Positions 1 to 11,134 of a DNA stretch of 64,000 bases are shown piece by piece. The DNA comes from Ramazzottius varieornatus (lineage: Eukaryota > Animalia > Tardigrada): the NCBI GenBank assembly GCA_001949185.1, contig BDGG01000017.1, positions 310,001-374,000 on the forward strand, given 5' to 3'. The position numbers and the translations under genes were made by a program. Position 1 is the first letter of the stretch. Each line of letters begins with the position of its first letter. A model generated the notes under the pieces. It ran no database searches and had not been told where the DNA came from. It saw nothing but the letters and a program-made list of their open reading frames with translations.

Positions 1-82
1 CGACATCGCCAACTTCACCTGTACGGTTGGGTGGCGTACACCACATTGGCGCTCGTTATATCGCTAATATGGAAGTACAGTA

Positions 83-279
83 CACGCATGACGAGAAATT
101 ATGGGGCCAGTGAAAATTATGAGTCCAGGCGGGAAAGACGGCAAAATGAAAAGTCAAACGTAGAAAAGTGTCCAAAATGCATTACTATGAATCGGTCGTG
201 TACGTATGTGCTTCCGTAGCGCCGTAGCGAAAAGGCCTGGTCCCATAATTTTTACTGGCCCCATAATTTCCCGTCGTGC
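83..279. mobile_element. MITE family A, copy 1 (about 200 bp, TA-flanked, Tc1/mariner-type non-autonomous)
   Basis: About 36-bp TIRs (gcatgacgagaaattatggggccagtgaaaattatg / cataatttttactggccccataatttcccgtcgtgc); interior matches the copies at 15896 and 21832; right terminus eroded. Confidence 0.85.
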
Positions 280-966
280 TTTTACCTGATTATAGCGATT
301 TCGAACGTTTAGCGGGTGTCGGGGACGCCATGATTAAACTGAACAGTCTCCCCTGCGATCGAACCACCAGTATCTGGATGCAAACGTGTGAGTTCCTCGT
401 CACGTATGCACTATACAGTAGTCCTCCAACAAATTTCAAGATCTGACAAAACTCTGATTTGTAGTGCCGGTGAACCCGACAACATCTTGGCCTAGCTGGG
501 TCAAAAGAAACAATGCTTCGATGTACGTAGAGTTGTTTGGCCAATGGATCAGAAAAACTTTAGCCCATCACGCCATTTCCTCTCACCCGACCACGCCCAA
601 AGGAACCCCTAGCACCGTTCTTCTGTGGTCAACTGCCCACGACGTCGCTCTGAAAGTAGGCAAAGCTGCACCTTTCGAAAACGCTAACCATTCCAGCCTT
701 TACTTTAGTGCTTCTTTCGTGTCGTAGCGCCTGGTCATGTATCGCGATCACGTCCATCCAGGCATCCTTCTGGTGCAACAGGTACACCTTCAACGACCTT
801 GTCTCCTTCAAGAACTGTGATGGCTTATTGTAAAACCAAGCTATAAATCATATCATAACTGTTTGTCTGGTTTTAGTTTGTCTGTCAGTTGTTGACTGCC
901 ATCGGTGTATTCGGCGAAAGAACGAATGTCCAAGAAGCGCATGCGCAGCCATAGCATTTGGCTGGC

Positions 967-2279
967 TCAAAATTTTACATTGTGTAACTTTGGTGGTTCA
1001 CCAGCAACAGATGTGCCTGATACACTATCGAAATCGGCATCTGGTATACCCTTCGTGTGTGAGTCATTTCTGCGCCATAACCATAAACGTAGTCTAAATA
1101 TGAGCCAAAAAACGGCGAAAGTTATAGGGATAGCGATAAAAATGAGAGCCAGCGTAACACCAACGGCAATCGGTAGCTTGTGCTTATAGTTCAGGAAGGG
1201 GTAAATAGCGATATCCCCTTCTGCCGTTGTCCCGCTCGCGGCGTAGTAGATACCTATCAAGAACGAGAAATAGAACCTAGGCAGACAAACTCGACAAGCT
1301 CGTTTTGCGAAAGTGGTGCGCGCTCAAAACCAATAACCTTGGAAGCGTGCGCTACTTTGGGAGAGCGAACTTCGCACGATGGCTTTTCCAAGCGGCGCAT
1401 ACTTTCGGCTAGTTATAACGAAAAAGTGCGCCAGCTGGAAAGCAATCTGGCAGAGTTACTGAAAATTCTTCCCATGAGCGTAAAGTGGCGGGCATGCAAT
1501 TCTTACCGGTGAATGTAGCGTATAAACAGCCATAGATCATGGGGTGGCACAAGTGAAGGAGGTTGACGGGTTGAGCGTGGAGGAAATGGTCCAAGACCAG
1601 GATGAGACCGTTGATCAGATGGACATGGAGGGTGATGGCCGACGGCCCATCACCCGGCTTGTACCATGTTTTGTCCTTTTCGGGATCCGGTGGCCAAAGC
1701 ATGAACCAGTACAGGAAGACCACCATCAGCGTGCAAGGGGCGGCGATATTCCATAGGACCCATTGAATCTTTAGTAGTATCAAATATTCTGAAAGACGCC
1801 AGAAATCATACATTCATGGTACTATTGATGGAACGAAGCCAGCTTCCTTACGTTGCTTTTCGTGGCCGCGTCGACCAATCTCGAAGCAGGTGTTGAGGGC
1901 AGAAAACAAGAGGTAGAAGATGAAAAGCAAGTAGGTCCAGTGCGTCAGATAGATCATCCATCTATCGCCCTGCTGCTGAGTTTGGGCTCTTCTTAAAGAA
2001 TCCTCAACGCTGACGATGAGCCAGGCCAAGAAGTACATGAACAGTACAACTTTCCACACTTTCAGGGCCATATCGGGAACAGCACTCCACTACATAAATG
2101 CAATGCCATGTCCATTACATCAGACGAACGACAAAGCAACTAATGCGGCGCAAAATGGACTAGCGTACCTGCGGTCTTGTGAATAGGGAAGGATGGTGGA
2201 TGCGAAGCCCCAACCTGGACGACCTGAACTCGTTCCGCCACAACGCGCCCCACCGACCTTTACCCGTCGCCTCAGCCAT
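967..2279 (-). CDS. Protein rolling stone-like multi-pass membrane protein (FAR-17a/AIG1-like); exons 2279-2169, 2089-1852, 1788-1507, 1253-967
   Basis: Spliced translation gives EFRSSRLGL..F.RPQW, WMIYLTHW, WVLWNIA..VVFLYW, HVHLIN and IYYAASGT...AIYPFLNY, typical rolling stone motifs; GT-AG sites keep frame. Confidence 0.85.
1281..1470. repeat. Inverted-box array (TGGCGCAC family), in rolling-stone intron 3
   Basis: aagtggtgcg..gtgcgctactt..aagcggcgca..gtgcgccagct with aaactcgacaag flank. Confidence 0.75.
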
Positions 2280-2789
2280 CTTCTCACCTTGGTAGAGCTA
2301 TTGACGAGTAGTAAGACGAAACACAGACAGATCTAGTACCGGCCAAAGTTAGAGGAAAGGTTTCCCCCAATGTCCCTTCAGCCACACATCAAAACAGTAC
2401 AGTACCACCTTGACCACAGTCTGGAGTATGGGTAAGCTTCAAAGCACTGCAACATCTAACGGACGTCTCTAAATATCATAGTACACAGAATGACAACTTC
2501 AGGACCAGCCTATTCCAAAGCTTTGGTCTTGTTTGGTAAACGGTACAAATAGCCCTGCATATTACCAAAGCAACCTGCTGCTGGGTATCGTAAATTCCTG
2601 ACAGAGAACTGTTTCAGTGAGAAGTGTTATATTGACATAACGGACTGTAGTTATTTCCACATGCGCGGCACACCCAGGCCGTCTGTATCGTAAACATTTC
2701 AGGGTTATATAGGTCAGACTACGAAACGACGTCGTTACCGCAGTGACGTCAGGCGGTACTGTACACCATGTCAAGTGAAATGCTAAAGA

Positions 2790-3890
2790 TGAGGCATTGC
2801 GTCTACTCCTTCTTGTTCCGAATTTTCTGGCTGGAAGGGAGGAAACGACGTTAGTGTGAAAACTGGGGTTGCTCGATCGGTAGCAGCTCTTGCTTCTTCA
2901 TTATTCCGCAAGTCGCCGAGAGCCACCACGGTGGTAAACGACGTTTCAGCGATGAGAATAGCTATGGAGTTGAGACCCGTTAGTCTTGGTGGATGTTCCG
3001 AGTGCAGTCTTTGCGACGGGCGGCTTCTCAGGTGGGAAATGCAGAACGAAACATCCAGATGCTAGGAATTAGCACCAGCACCACCCCACAGTCGGCACCA
3101 CTCGCTACCCCAGTGTTACTTCCGTAATCTAGAAAGGCGTAGATGGCTGTCTCACCCAATGGATCGGTTCCATTCCCAACAAAGTAAGCCTATAAGAGCA
3201 GTGCTTCCTGCTTATTGTCAGTACCCCAGAGGAAAATTAAGAATCTGACAAGCCTCAAGTGAAGCGTACAAGATCGTGACGGTACTTGGCGCATTCTGAC
3301 GTTGTTGTGACTCAAGGATGTGCGCCACTTTGGAAAAACAGTATTGTCGAGTTAGTCTTCCCAAGTGGCGCACACTTCCAGGGCGGATGGCTACAAGTGT
3401 GCGTCACAGAAGATAACGCTCTTATACGTTTCGTTTGCCAGCGTCTGACACATCGTCCTTCGAAAAACAACTCTTACCCCAGTGAAAAGTGCGTAGGCAG
3501 CGCCTGTTTATCAAAAACAGAAAAACAAATCAAAAAACATACGACACGACGTGTAGGTGACTGGTTGATCTCTTGTGAACCTACTGCCGGAGGCCAGATA
3601 GCTTTTGCTACTCCTTGTATGCGGACCGCAAGTGTTGACTGCGCAGACGACCAGGTAAGCGACAAAGACCACGAATGTCCAGTGCGTCAAGTAGACTAGC
3701 CACTTGTCTTTGCCGGACAGCGGAAATTCCGTGTGGAACAGCACCAAGCTATCGGTAAGAAGACAATCAACGGCCACTACCGGAAGCAGCTCGGTGCTGA
3801 GGAATATTTTACCTCAAAGCCAACCAGAAAGAAAAATATAGCGTAATGGCCACCTTCCAGATTTTGAAGAGCCACCTCGGACATATTTTG
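2790..3890 (-). pseudogene. Second rolling-stone-like paralog, probably degenerate
   Basis: Pieces PRWLFKIWKV..FWLAL|SLVL..KWLVYLTHWTF and AYFVGNGTDPLGETAIYAFLDY; apparent frameshift near 3050; no clear middle (WNIA/H..N) exon. Confidence 0.6.
3286..3420. repeat. Inverted-box array
   Basis: tggcgca..gtgcgccactt..caagtggcgcac..gtgcgtcac. Confidence 0.8.
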
Positions 3891-4749
3891 ATATTTTGAT
3901 TCAGTCTACCGCTTATACCAATCCCCTAAACGGTGAAAACCACACGATAGAAGTGTCATTTCAGTCTGCGCCGCGCATTACGAGGCTGAAGACGACCAAG
4001 CAAAAACCCGATGCTCCATGGCATGTTGGACAAAGCTCGAGATGGTAAGTTAGTAATCACGTAATATACGGCACCATGTATCCCGGAACTAGCTTGTCAA
4101 AAGCCGGTCGACAACTGCGATCTATATTTTTCACCTAAAGTAGCAAGTGCTTCTCAAACTGTCCGTTCGGTTTCCTAGAGAAAAGACCACAGACGTGGTT
4201 GGCTTGTCGCCGCCAATGGAATGAAGGTGTGTCGCCATCTTAACTAAAAGTCTATGGTCAGCAGACGAACGGACACCGATCATGACATGCGTATACCACG
4301 TAAAGCAATAAAAAACAAAAATCACCAAAACTTATAAATAATTTTCAAGAGGGTGATGATTTCTGTGCTTTTTCCAAGTTTGGTGAATCTAGTACACCAT
4401 TGATAAAATTTAATCTTGACGACTTGAACAACATGTTCGCTCACAACTCATTTATCCCTCCACGGGACCAAAATTTATTCCTAGAAAACTGACCAGAAGA
4501 GACGTCACTCGGGCCACGCCCAGGTCTCCAAATCTCCCCGGCCCCGTTTTTCGAGCCTGGAAAATTGTCCTAAGCTTGCCCAGCTATGCAATATGAGCTC
4601 CTTACGTCTTTCTTCTGGAGAAAGGCAACATACTGATATTCAATCATAAATGCTGCTCTAGACGCTACGACCGACACCCACGAAGAACAACTACGTACGA
4701 CGGTGAAATGAGCTACTGAAGAGAAGGAGTTGGGAACAGGGAGGATTCA

Positions 4750-6154
4750 TCATATTGGCCCGTCAATAGAACTGGCCTTCATCCGTAAGACAATGAACGG
4801 CTTGATAGCCACAAGTCCTGTCACTATGAACAGGGTAATGTACAGCGCAATGTCTCCGGCGAAACGCCGGTTAGCCAGCAGATTGGTTAAAATTATCAGC
4901 TGCAACAAAAGACAATGATGCGTACAGTGTTAGAAATTTCGTTGGTCATGCTGTATCCTTACCACGCTGCAAATGAGGAATGCCACGGCAAAGGCCAGCG
5001 ATTTCCTTAGCTCAATATAGCGATGCTCGTCAGCTAGCGCCGACAAGCGGTGGCAGTAGGGACATTTGCATAGGGATTTCTGCAGGATGTTGAAGAGGAA
5101 GGGTTGCTGACAATGTCCACAGGTCAAGCGATAGGTTCCCAGTGGCGCATTGATGGCACTGGTGGGGAAACTGATAGCCTCACCCTTGCCAATTCGTCGG
5201 CTTCCTCGCCGAGTGGCCTGTTCCTTTCCATCCGCTTCCGGGGCTACCGTAATTATCCGCTGACTGTCCTCAATACACATCAAAGTCAACCACTGTCATG
5301 TCCGTTACCAAGATCGAAGACGACCAATCGAACTTACCAATTCAGCCTGTAAAATCAAAAACAAAAACCAAACTGCGTGGGATTAGCGGCGAATAAACTA
5401 TAACATTTGCTGAAGAATTTAAAGTGTTGATTGTGATCTCTATTGTTTGCTACGCGCAGAAACCATTAAGCGTCACGTATAGCGCTAAAAATGCATAGCG
5501 CAAAAAAGGTTTACCTAGGACAAGCAACTTGTTTCGCAGTTTTCCGGCATATGAGGAGGCAATTGCAGACACAACGAACGTATCGTTCTCCAGATGGCGC
5601 TGCACGGATGGGCTATTGAGGCAAAGAGCCGCAAAATTCCTTTAGCATGCAGCGGTGAAATGTATCATAAAATAGCCGGAAGGTGTAGCGGCTTAGCTGA
5701 CAACTTACAGTGGCTTCTTTGCAGACTGTGCACTTGACAATATAATGCTCCTCCAGATCGTACCCGTCCAGGGGGATGTGGTGGTTGCATACGCGACAAA
5801 CGACCATCGGCGTCCCAACTGTCCTCTTCTTTTTCTTCAGCTCCCCCTTTTCGAAGTCGTCCCCCAACAGGAAACGGGAAAAGCCGACGTTGGCATCCTC
5901 CTCGATGTCTTGCAGGAAGGGCGCTGTTAACAACCAGCAGTAAAACGTTACACAGCTGCATGTTCCAAGAAAGTGCACACAGGACAAAGGCGTAGGCCGG
6001 ACAAGGTCTTACTAGAATGACTTTCGGCAAAGGAGACTTCGGAGCGAGCAGAGGAGAGGATGGATACCCTCCGCACAAAGCTGGATCTGTTGGACTGCAG
6101 ATCAGTGGATAAGCCTCGAGCGTAACTGGATCTGTTGGACTGTAAATCGGACAT
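4750..6154 (-). CDS. TMEM55/PIP4P-like lysosomal membrane protein; exons 6154-6013, 5908-5709, 5612-5515, 5346-5338, 5263-4963, 4899-4750
   Basis: [60 protein letters not shown], two C-terminal TM helices and an MKASSIDGP end all match the TMEM55 family. Confidence 0.9.
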
Positions 6155-6695
6155 GCTGAGGGAAACAGTAATGATACGTGTACAACAACAGCCACATCAA
6201 CTTGCATTACATGGCCACAGAAAAGAAGAGACTTCCCGAACAAAAAAACAAACAGAGGGTTATGGAAGTAAGGAGGAAGAATAAAGTGTCGGGACGAACT
6301 TTAAAGCAAGTTGTGACGTTGCTCGTCAGTCTACAACAGCGCTTCATGCTCGAGCCACTGCAGTGGATGGGATAAAACAATGTGAAGAATGGGAACTCCA
6401 TTGTCCACGCGTTCATGCATGCCTTCGAGCCAATGCGTAAGTCGAAAAGCAACCCAACCAACGAAAGTAATCTAAGTCCTCCGGGCTATGTAATGTACCC
6501 ACGGGACATTTGAACGGCCATCCTGCCTTGCGGCGGCCATGTGGCCTCCATAATTTTCCCATTTGGCCCCATAACCGGTTGTCTTTTACGTCTTTTATAA
6601 TTTGGGCAAATTAATGTTCACAGAGGGGGAAAGGTTTAAGATCACGTATCGGTTAGTGACCTAGTGGGCCCAGTGTGATGTGTGACGTAGAGGCT

Positions 6696-8230
6696 CTAAT
6701 GAAAATCGGTCACAGTTTCTAGATCAAGCTTCAGCTGCAAAGCCGAATCATCTTTGAACGTTCCCATCCAGGTGAAACCTTCCGCGTCGATGAACCGTCC
6801 CTTCCCATATAACCTACGGTAACCACAGGAGTTGACTGCATGCCAGCCCAATAAAATACATTCGAAGTAAAGCCAACAGAGGAATGAGTTGCCTACTTGT
6901 TGCAGCGAAAGCCTCCTTGATACATTCCTCCTGGCCACCTGTACATGCCGTATCCGTGCATCTTGCCTCGCGACACCTGTCCTCTGTACTTGACCAGCTG
7001 AGCCGGAAGTGACGTCCAGCAAAGACGACCCGACAATTTGTCCGCCTTCCATTCGCCACCAAAGACTGTCCCGTCTGCTTTCTTGTACTGACCGACACCT
7101 GCTCGCACCACCCCGTTCTCGTTCTGGCGTATCATTTGTCCATCTAGAACAAATTAATTTATTAACATTCTGAGTTCATTATTCGACTTGTTTATAAGTT
7201 CGTTGGACCATACCATAAGTGTCTCCGTTGGCAAAGCCATATTGCTGGTAAGGTTCGATCTGGGCAGGGGACGAGGCAGTTGGTTCCTGTACGGTTGCGC
7301 CATCTACGGAAAGCGCTGAGACTGCAGGCTTAACCGGCCGTGGTATAGTGGTGGGAACCACTCGAGCGCGATATGTGGAGGGAAACTTGAGGAAGGAAAA
7401 GTCTGTAAGTTGCGCGGCAGCAGTCGTTCTACAAATAAATTAAGGAAAGACACTCATGACTATAGTTGAGAGCTTGAACAACAAACTCGACCAGGTTGTC
7501 TGCCAAGTGGCGCACTCTACAACACTGAAAACCTGCGCCACCAGGAAAACAATCTTTTGCTTTTTCCACGTGGCGCACGCTTCCAGCTGACAACGTCGAG
7601 AACGCGCGCCACTTGGGAAAAACAAGTTTGTCAAATTTGTTTGTCGCGCTTGGAATTAATGGGGCGACAACACCCTGCGTCGGAGGTCACTCACCGATTA
7701 GTGTACGTACCCATGAAATGCTTCTTGTTTAGTGGGTGAGCCACGGGAATTTCAGGGTTAAGCATATGAGCAACGTGGCTAGTTAGTTTGCGTAGGCGCG
7801 AAGCTCGAATTTGTTCGATGGTCGGTCTGGGACTTTTGTAAGCCAGTGATTTGTGGCTTGTTCGCTTTCGTCTCAGCACTTCTTTCTGGGCGTCTAAACT
7901 ACCGAAAGTCATCCTGGTCACAAAGGACAACCTGCTGGCTTCCTCATCTTTCTCCGCTTCGTCCAACAAAGCTTCTTCCGAAGCGCTGAGCTTTGGACGC
8001 CATTTCCATATGGATACTTGCACTGGCTGGCATTGTGCCTTGGTGGTGTCCAATGCAGCTGACGCACGTCGAACACGCTCCGAAGCGACAAGCATGGCTG
8101 ACTCTAATGTTTCTCAAAATGCTTTCTCCAAATGCTTTCTCAATAATCTCGTCAACTGTCATATCGACTGATCTGGAGCGCGAGTATGGAAGATGCGGTT
8201 GCTGGGAAGCCGCCGTTCTGCGCTGAAGGC
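6696..8230 (-). CDS. MORN2: MORN2-like MORN-repeat protein with a long N-terminal extension; exons about 8230-7695, 7428-7214, 7143-6895, 6813-6696; start uncertain
   Basis: YGFANGDTYDG, GVGQY..GTVFGGEWKADK, GKMHGYGMYRWPGG, GKGRFIDAEGFTWMGTF..ALQLKL; the upstream exon joins in frame through a phase-2 intron 7694-7429. Confidence 0.75.
7481..7645. repeat. Inverted-box array, in MORN2-like gene intron
   Basis: Four boxes with aaactcgac...tttgtcaaatttgttt flanks. Confidence 0.8.
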
Positions 8231-8505
8231 CTTCGAGGGAAAAGAGCGTACAATGCCATAATTTCGGTAGGCATTCACAACTCCCGAGACTTGATTGGAG
8301 TGGTTATTCGTACTTCAATGCATACCTCGACCCACAAGTCCCCCTATGATCACTCATAATCAAAGGGCGCTATAAGGTACCCGTACGAGAACCGTAGGCT
8401 AGATAAAACCGTTTGCTGAATTTAATGGCTGACAAGAGGTGACGCATCAAAGGCACGAGTTATTCGTTAACGGTAAGAGGCACGAACATGGCCAAATTTA
8501 AAGAG

Positions 8506-11134
8506 CTAAGCGGAGTGATCACCCGAAGGTCCAGCATGGGCAATAGTGGATGACCATCGGGCAATGGCTGGCTGTCCCTCCATATCGCGTAGCTTCTCTT
8601 CCGACTCCCCGTGAAAATAGACCATGTCGTTATCCAAGTAAGTTTCCAGTGGGGCAATCTTCAGCCCAACGCCCGACAAGCCATGCATGTACTTCTTCGT
8701 AAAGATCTTGTCCATCTTTTCTCGGTTCATCTCGTACTTCTAAACATCAATTAATCCTGACCTTAGCACACCAGCATGTTGTCCAACAAAGCGGCCACCT
8801 ACCCGTTTGATCAGCAGCCCTTGAATGCGCAGTTGTGCAATTTCTTCCTCTTGTCTCTCCAAGAAGTCTCTTATTGACGTCTGTCTGGATATTGAGCTGG
8901 GCGGAATGGCGTCAGCCGCACTACTATAGGCCTGAAGCAAGAAGCGCGAGATGGTGTACATAGCTAGTTCCTCTTCCATGACCACTTGCTGTTGACGGTA
9001 CAGCACTTGTGCCAAGCTGGCTTTCCTGGCTATGTCAAACGTGGCATCGGTATACGACGTTTGCAATTCCTTCAGTTCGCTTTTGGCCTGTGCATTTTAC
9101 AGAAATACGTCGAATTTCCAGCACGGTCAAATGAGAGAGAGCCAACGAAATAAGTACTGTACCAGATGGTTATCTCCAGTGGCGCACACTTTCAGTCATC
9201 AACAACTCAAGCGTGCGCCACTTGAAAAAATTCGACAAGATTGCTTTTGCCAAGTGGCGCACATCATGCGTGATATTACACGCACGAGTGCGCCACTTGA
9301 ACTGACGCTGGTGCAGTTTCGTTTGTTGGTTTCTAAAATGTGGGAATTTGACCTTATGAAGCCTATAAACAGCCAGTTCCTTATTCCAGGTAAGGCGAAG
9401 GACTTGTTCCTCCAAGTGTTTCGACCTAGCCCACAGTCGTCGATGCGCGGCTTGTACGGCTGGCGCCTGCTTGACAATTTCCTCGTACATGACCACATCG
9501 CTGTTCATCTGCTGAAGTGGGATCAAGTATTTGGCATTCTCCTCCAGTGCCTTTAGTACATCGCGCTCGATTCTGTCCAGCCTGGAACGGCGGTCGTTGA
9601 CTTCGTTCTTCAGTTGATGGATGATGGAAGAGTTGGCTACGTTGACACCCTGGAAGAACTTGCGTAGTTGACCAATAGCCTTGTCCTGGTCAGCCAGCAT
9701 CTGTTCATTGTGTTTCCGCTTGAGCACCTCCAGGTCTCTGACGAAAGTCTTGACCTGGTCCGATACTCTGTTCTGCGTATCGTTGACGAAGACGTCAAAG
9801 TTCTCCAGCTGCGTCTGTGTGGCCATTAAGTAGTCTTCCTTGGCCACCTGGCGACGACCTCGTACATCCTAAACACACTGACAAAACTAAGTATTCAAAA
9901 AATAAAATAAAAGAGTAATCTAGAATAATAAGAAAACTTCAAGAAGTCGGCGGACTATACGTACCAGTTGAATCTCCTTGCCGATACGTTGCAGCATTAT
10001 CCGATTGTACTCCGAGTCTTCCTTATCACGGGCCAACCGCTCGCGTTGCTCCATCTCTCGTCGCCAGTACTCTTTGAAGCGTTGGCCGTATGTCTCCAGA
10101 TGAGCTGTCTTGGCCGCAAAGACCTTCTCATGGTTCTCCGACATGGTGTGCTTTAGCTTCTCCTTGTACACCTACGGAAGTTGCTCTTTATGTTCAGTCG
10201 TGAAAGTCAAGCCCATACAAAGCTACCCGATTAGTATGAATAATATCCTGGTCGACAATAGCTCGTTCCTTCTGTAGTCCATGGTTTTGTTGCTTCCTGG
10301 CCTTGAGCTGTTCCTCCACCAGATGAAGTTGATTCATCATCTGCTTGCGCTCAGTGGTAGCCAGACTACAACTGAGAACCGCTTGCTTCTTGCTGTTGTT
10401 CAAACTAATCAGCATCTTATGTAGCTAAAAACTAAAAACATTGACCATTAATATTCCAACAAACCAAACTCGGATATACATTGGAACTCGGCAAACAAAT
10501 TCGCCATGATTGTTCATTCGAAGTGACGCACTAGTTCAGCAAAAAATCGCAAAAATATTTGCGCCACTTGCATAACCAATCTTGCCGAGGTCTCCAAGTG
10601 GCGCACGCTGCCAACCATCACAGTGAAAGGACACACAACAAGATTATCTGTCTACCAGACGCACATTGCCATTGTTACAGGCTACACAAGTGCGCCCCTC
10701 TGGAAAAAGCGTCTTGTCGAGTTTGTTGACCGAGCTTCCATTGGGAGAAACATAATGAGGGCTACCTCTTTGACACTGAGGGTATTGAGTCGTCCACCAT
10801 CCCGTCCAGGCATATACTTGCCTTTGTCGTTCTCGTCTCCAACTGCAGGCTTGAAGTTTTCCGCGTGGAAGACATGGTTATGGACATCGACCAAGTACTC
10901 ATCCGTATCAGCGACAGCAGGTACTGGGCGCGGCACTAGCGTATCGTTCTGCCCACTGCGGATGGCTGATGGACGGTTCTTGACCAGCAGCCGGTACACT
11001 CTTTGACGAGCCCGCTTGGCGCGAGCCGCGTCCCCAAAAGGGTTCAAGATTTCTCGAACACTGACAATGGGGGAGACAACTAGAACCTTCTTCTTACGAT
11101 GACCGTGCCTGCCTTTCTTGCCGTGTTTAGGCAT
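8506..11134 (-). CDS. GAS8: GAS8/DRC4-like dynein regulatory complex subunit (divergent), about 6 exons
   Basis: Basic N-terminus MPKHGKKG; VYKEKLKHTMSE resembles VYKQKVKHLLYE; LRKFFQGVNVANSSIIHQLK resembles [30 protein letters not shown] and LTWNKE; coiled coil throughout. Confidence 0.8.
9160..9330. repeat. Inverted-box array, in GAS8 intron
   Basis: Four boxes with spacers of 25/26/25 nt. Confidence 0.85.
10487..10740. repeat. Inverted-box array, in GAS8 intron 1
   Basis: gaactcggcaaacaaattcg flank, boxes, then tcttgtcgagtttgttgaccgagcttcc flank. Confidence 0.8.

Noticed and set aside
290-830. Short minus-strand ORFs and splice-like sites
   Set aside because: No consistent frame or recognisable family could be assembled.
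1254-1506. Introner (intron-generating element) interpretation of the arrays
   Set aside because: Arrays sit inside introns; splice sites and intron ends are not shared between copies.
9032-9556. ORFs containing VAH/CATW/SGAR/RAPL peptides here and elsewhere
   Set aside because: They are translations of the intronic box repeat or antisense shadows of real exons.
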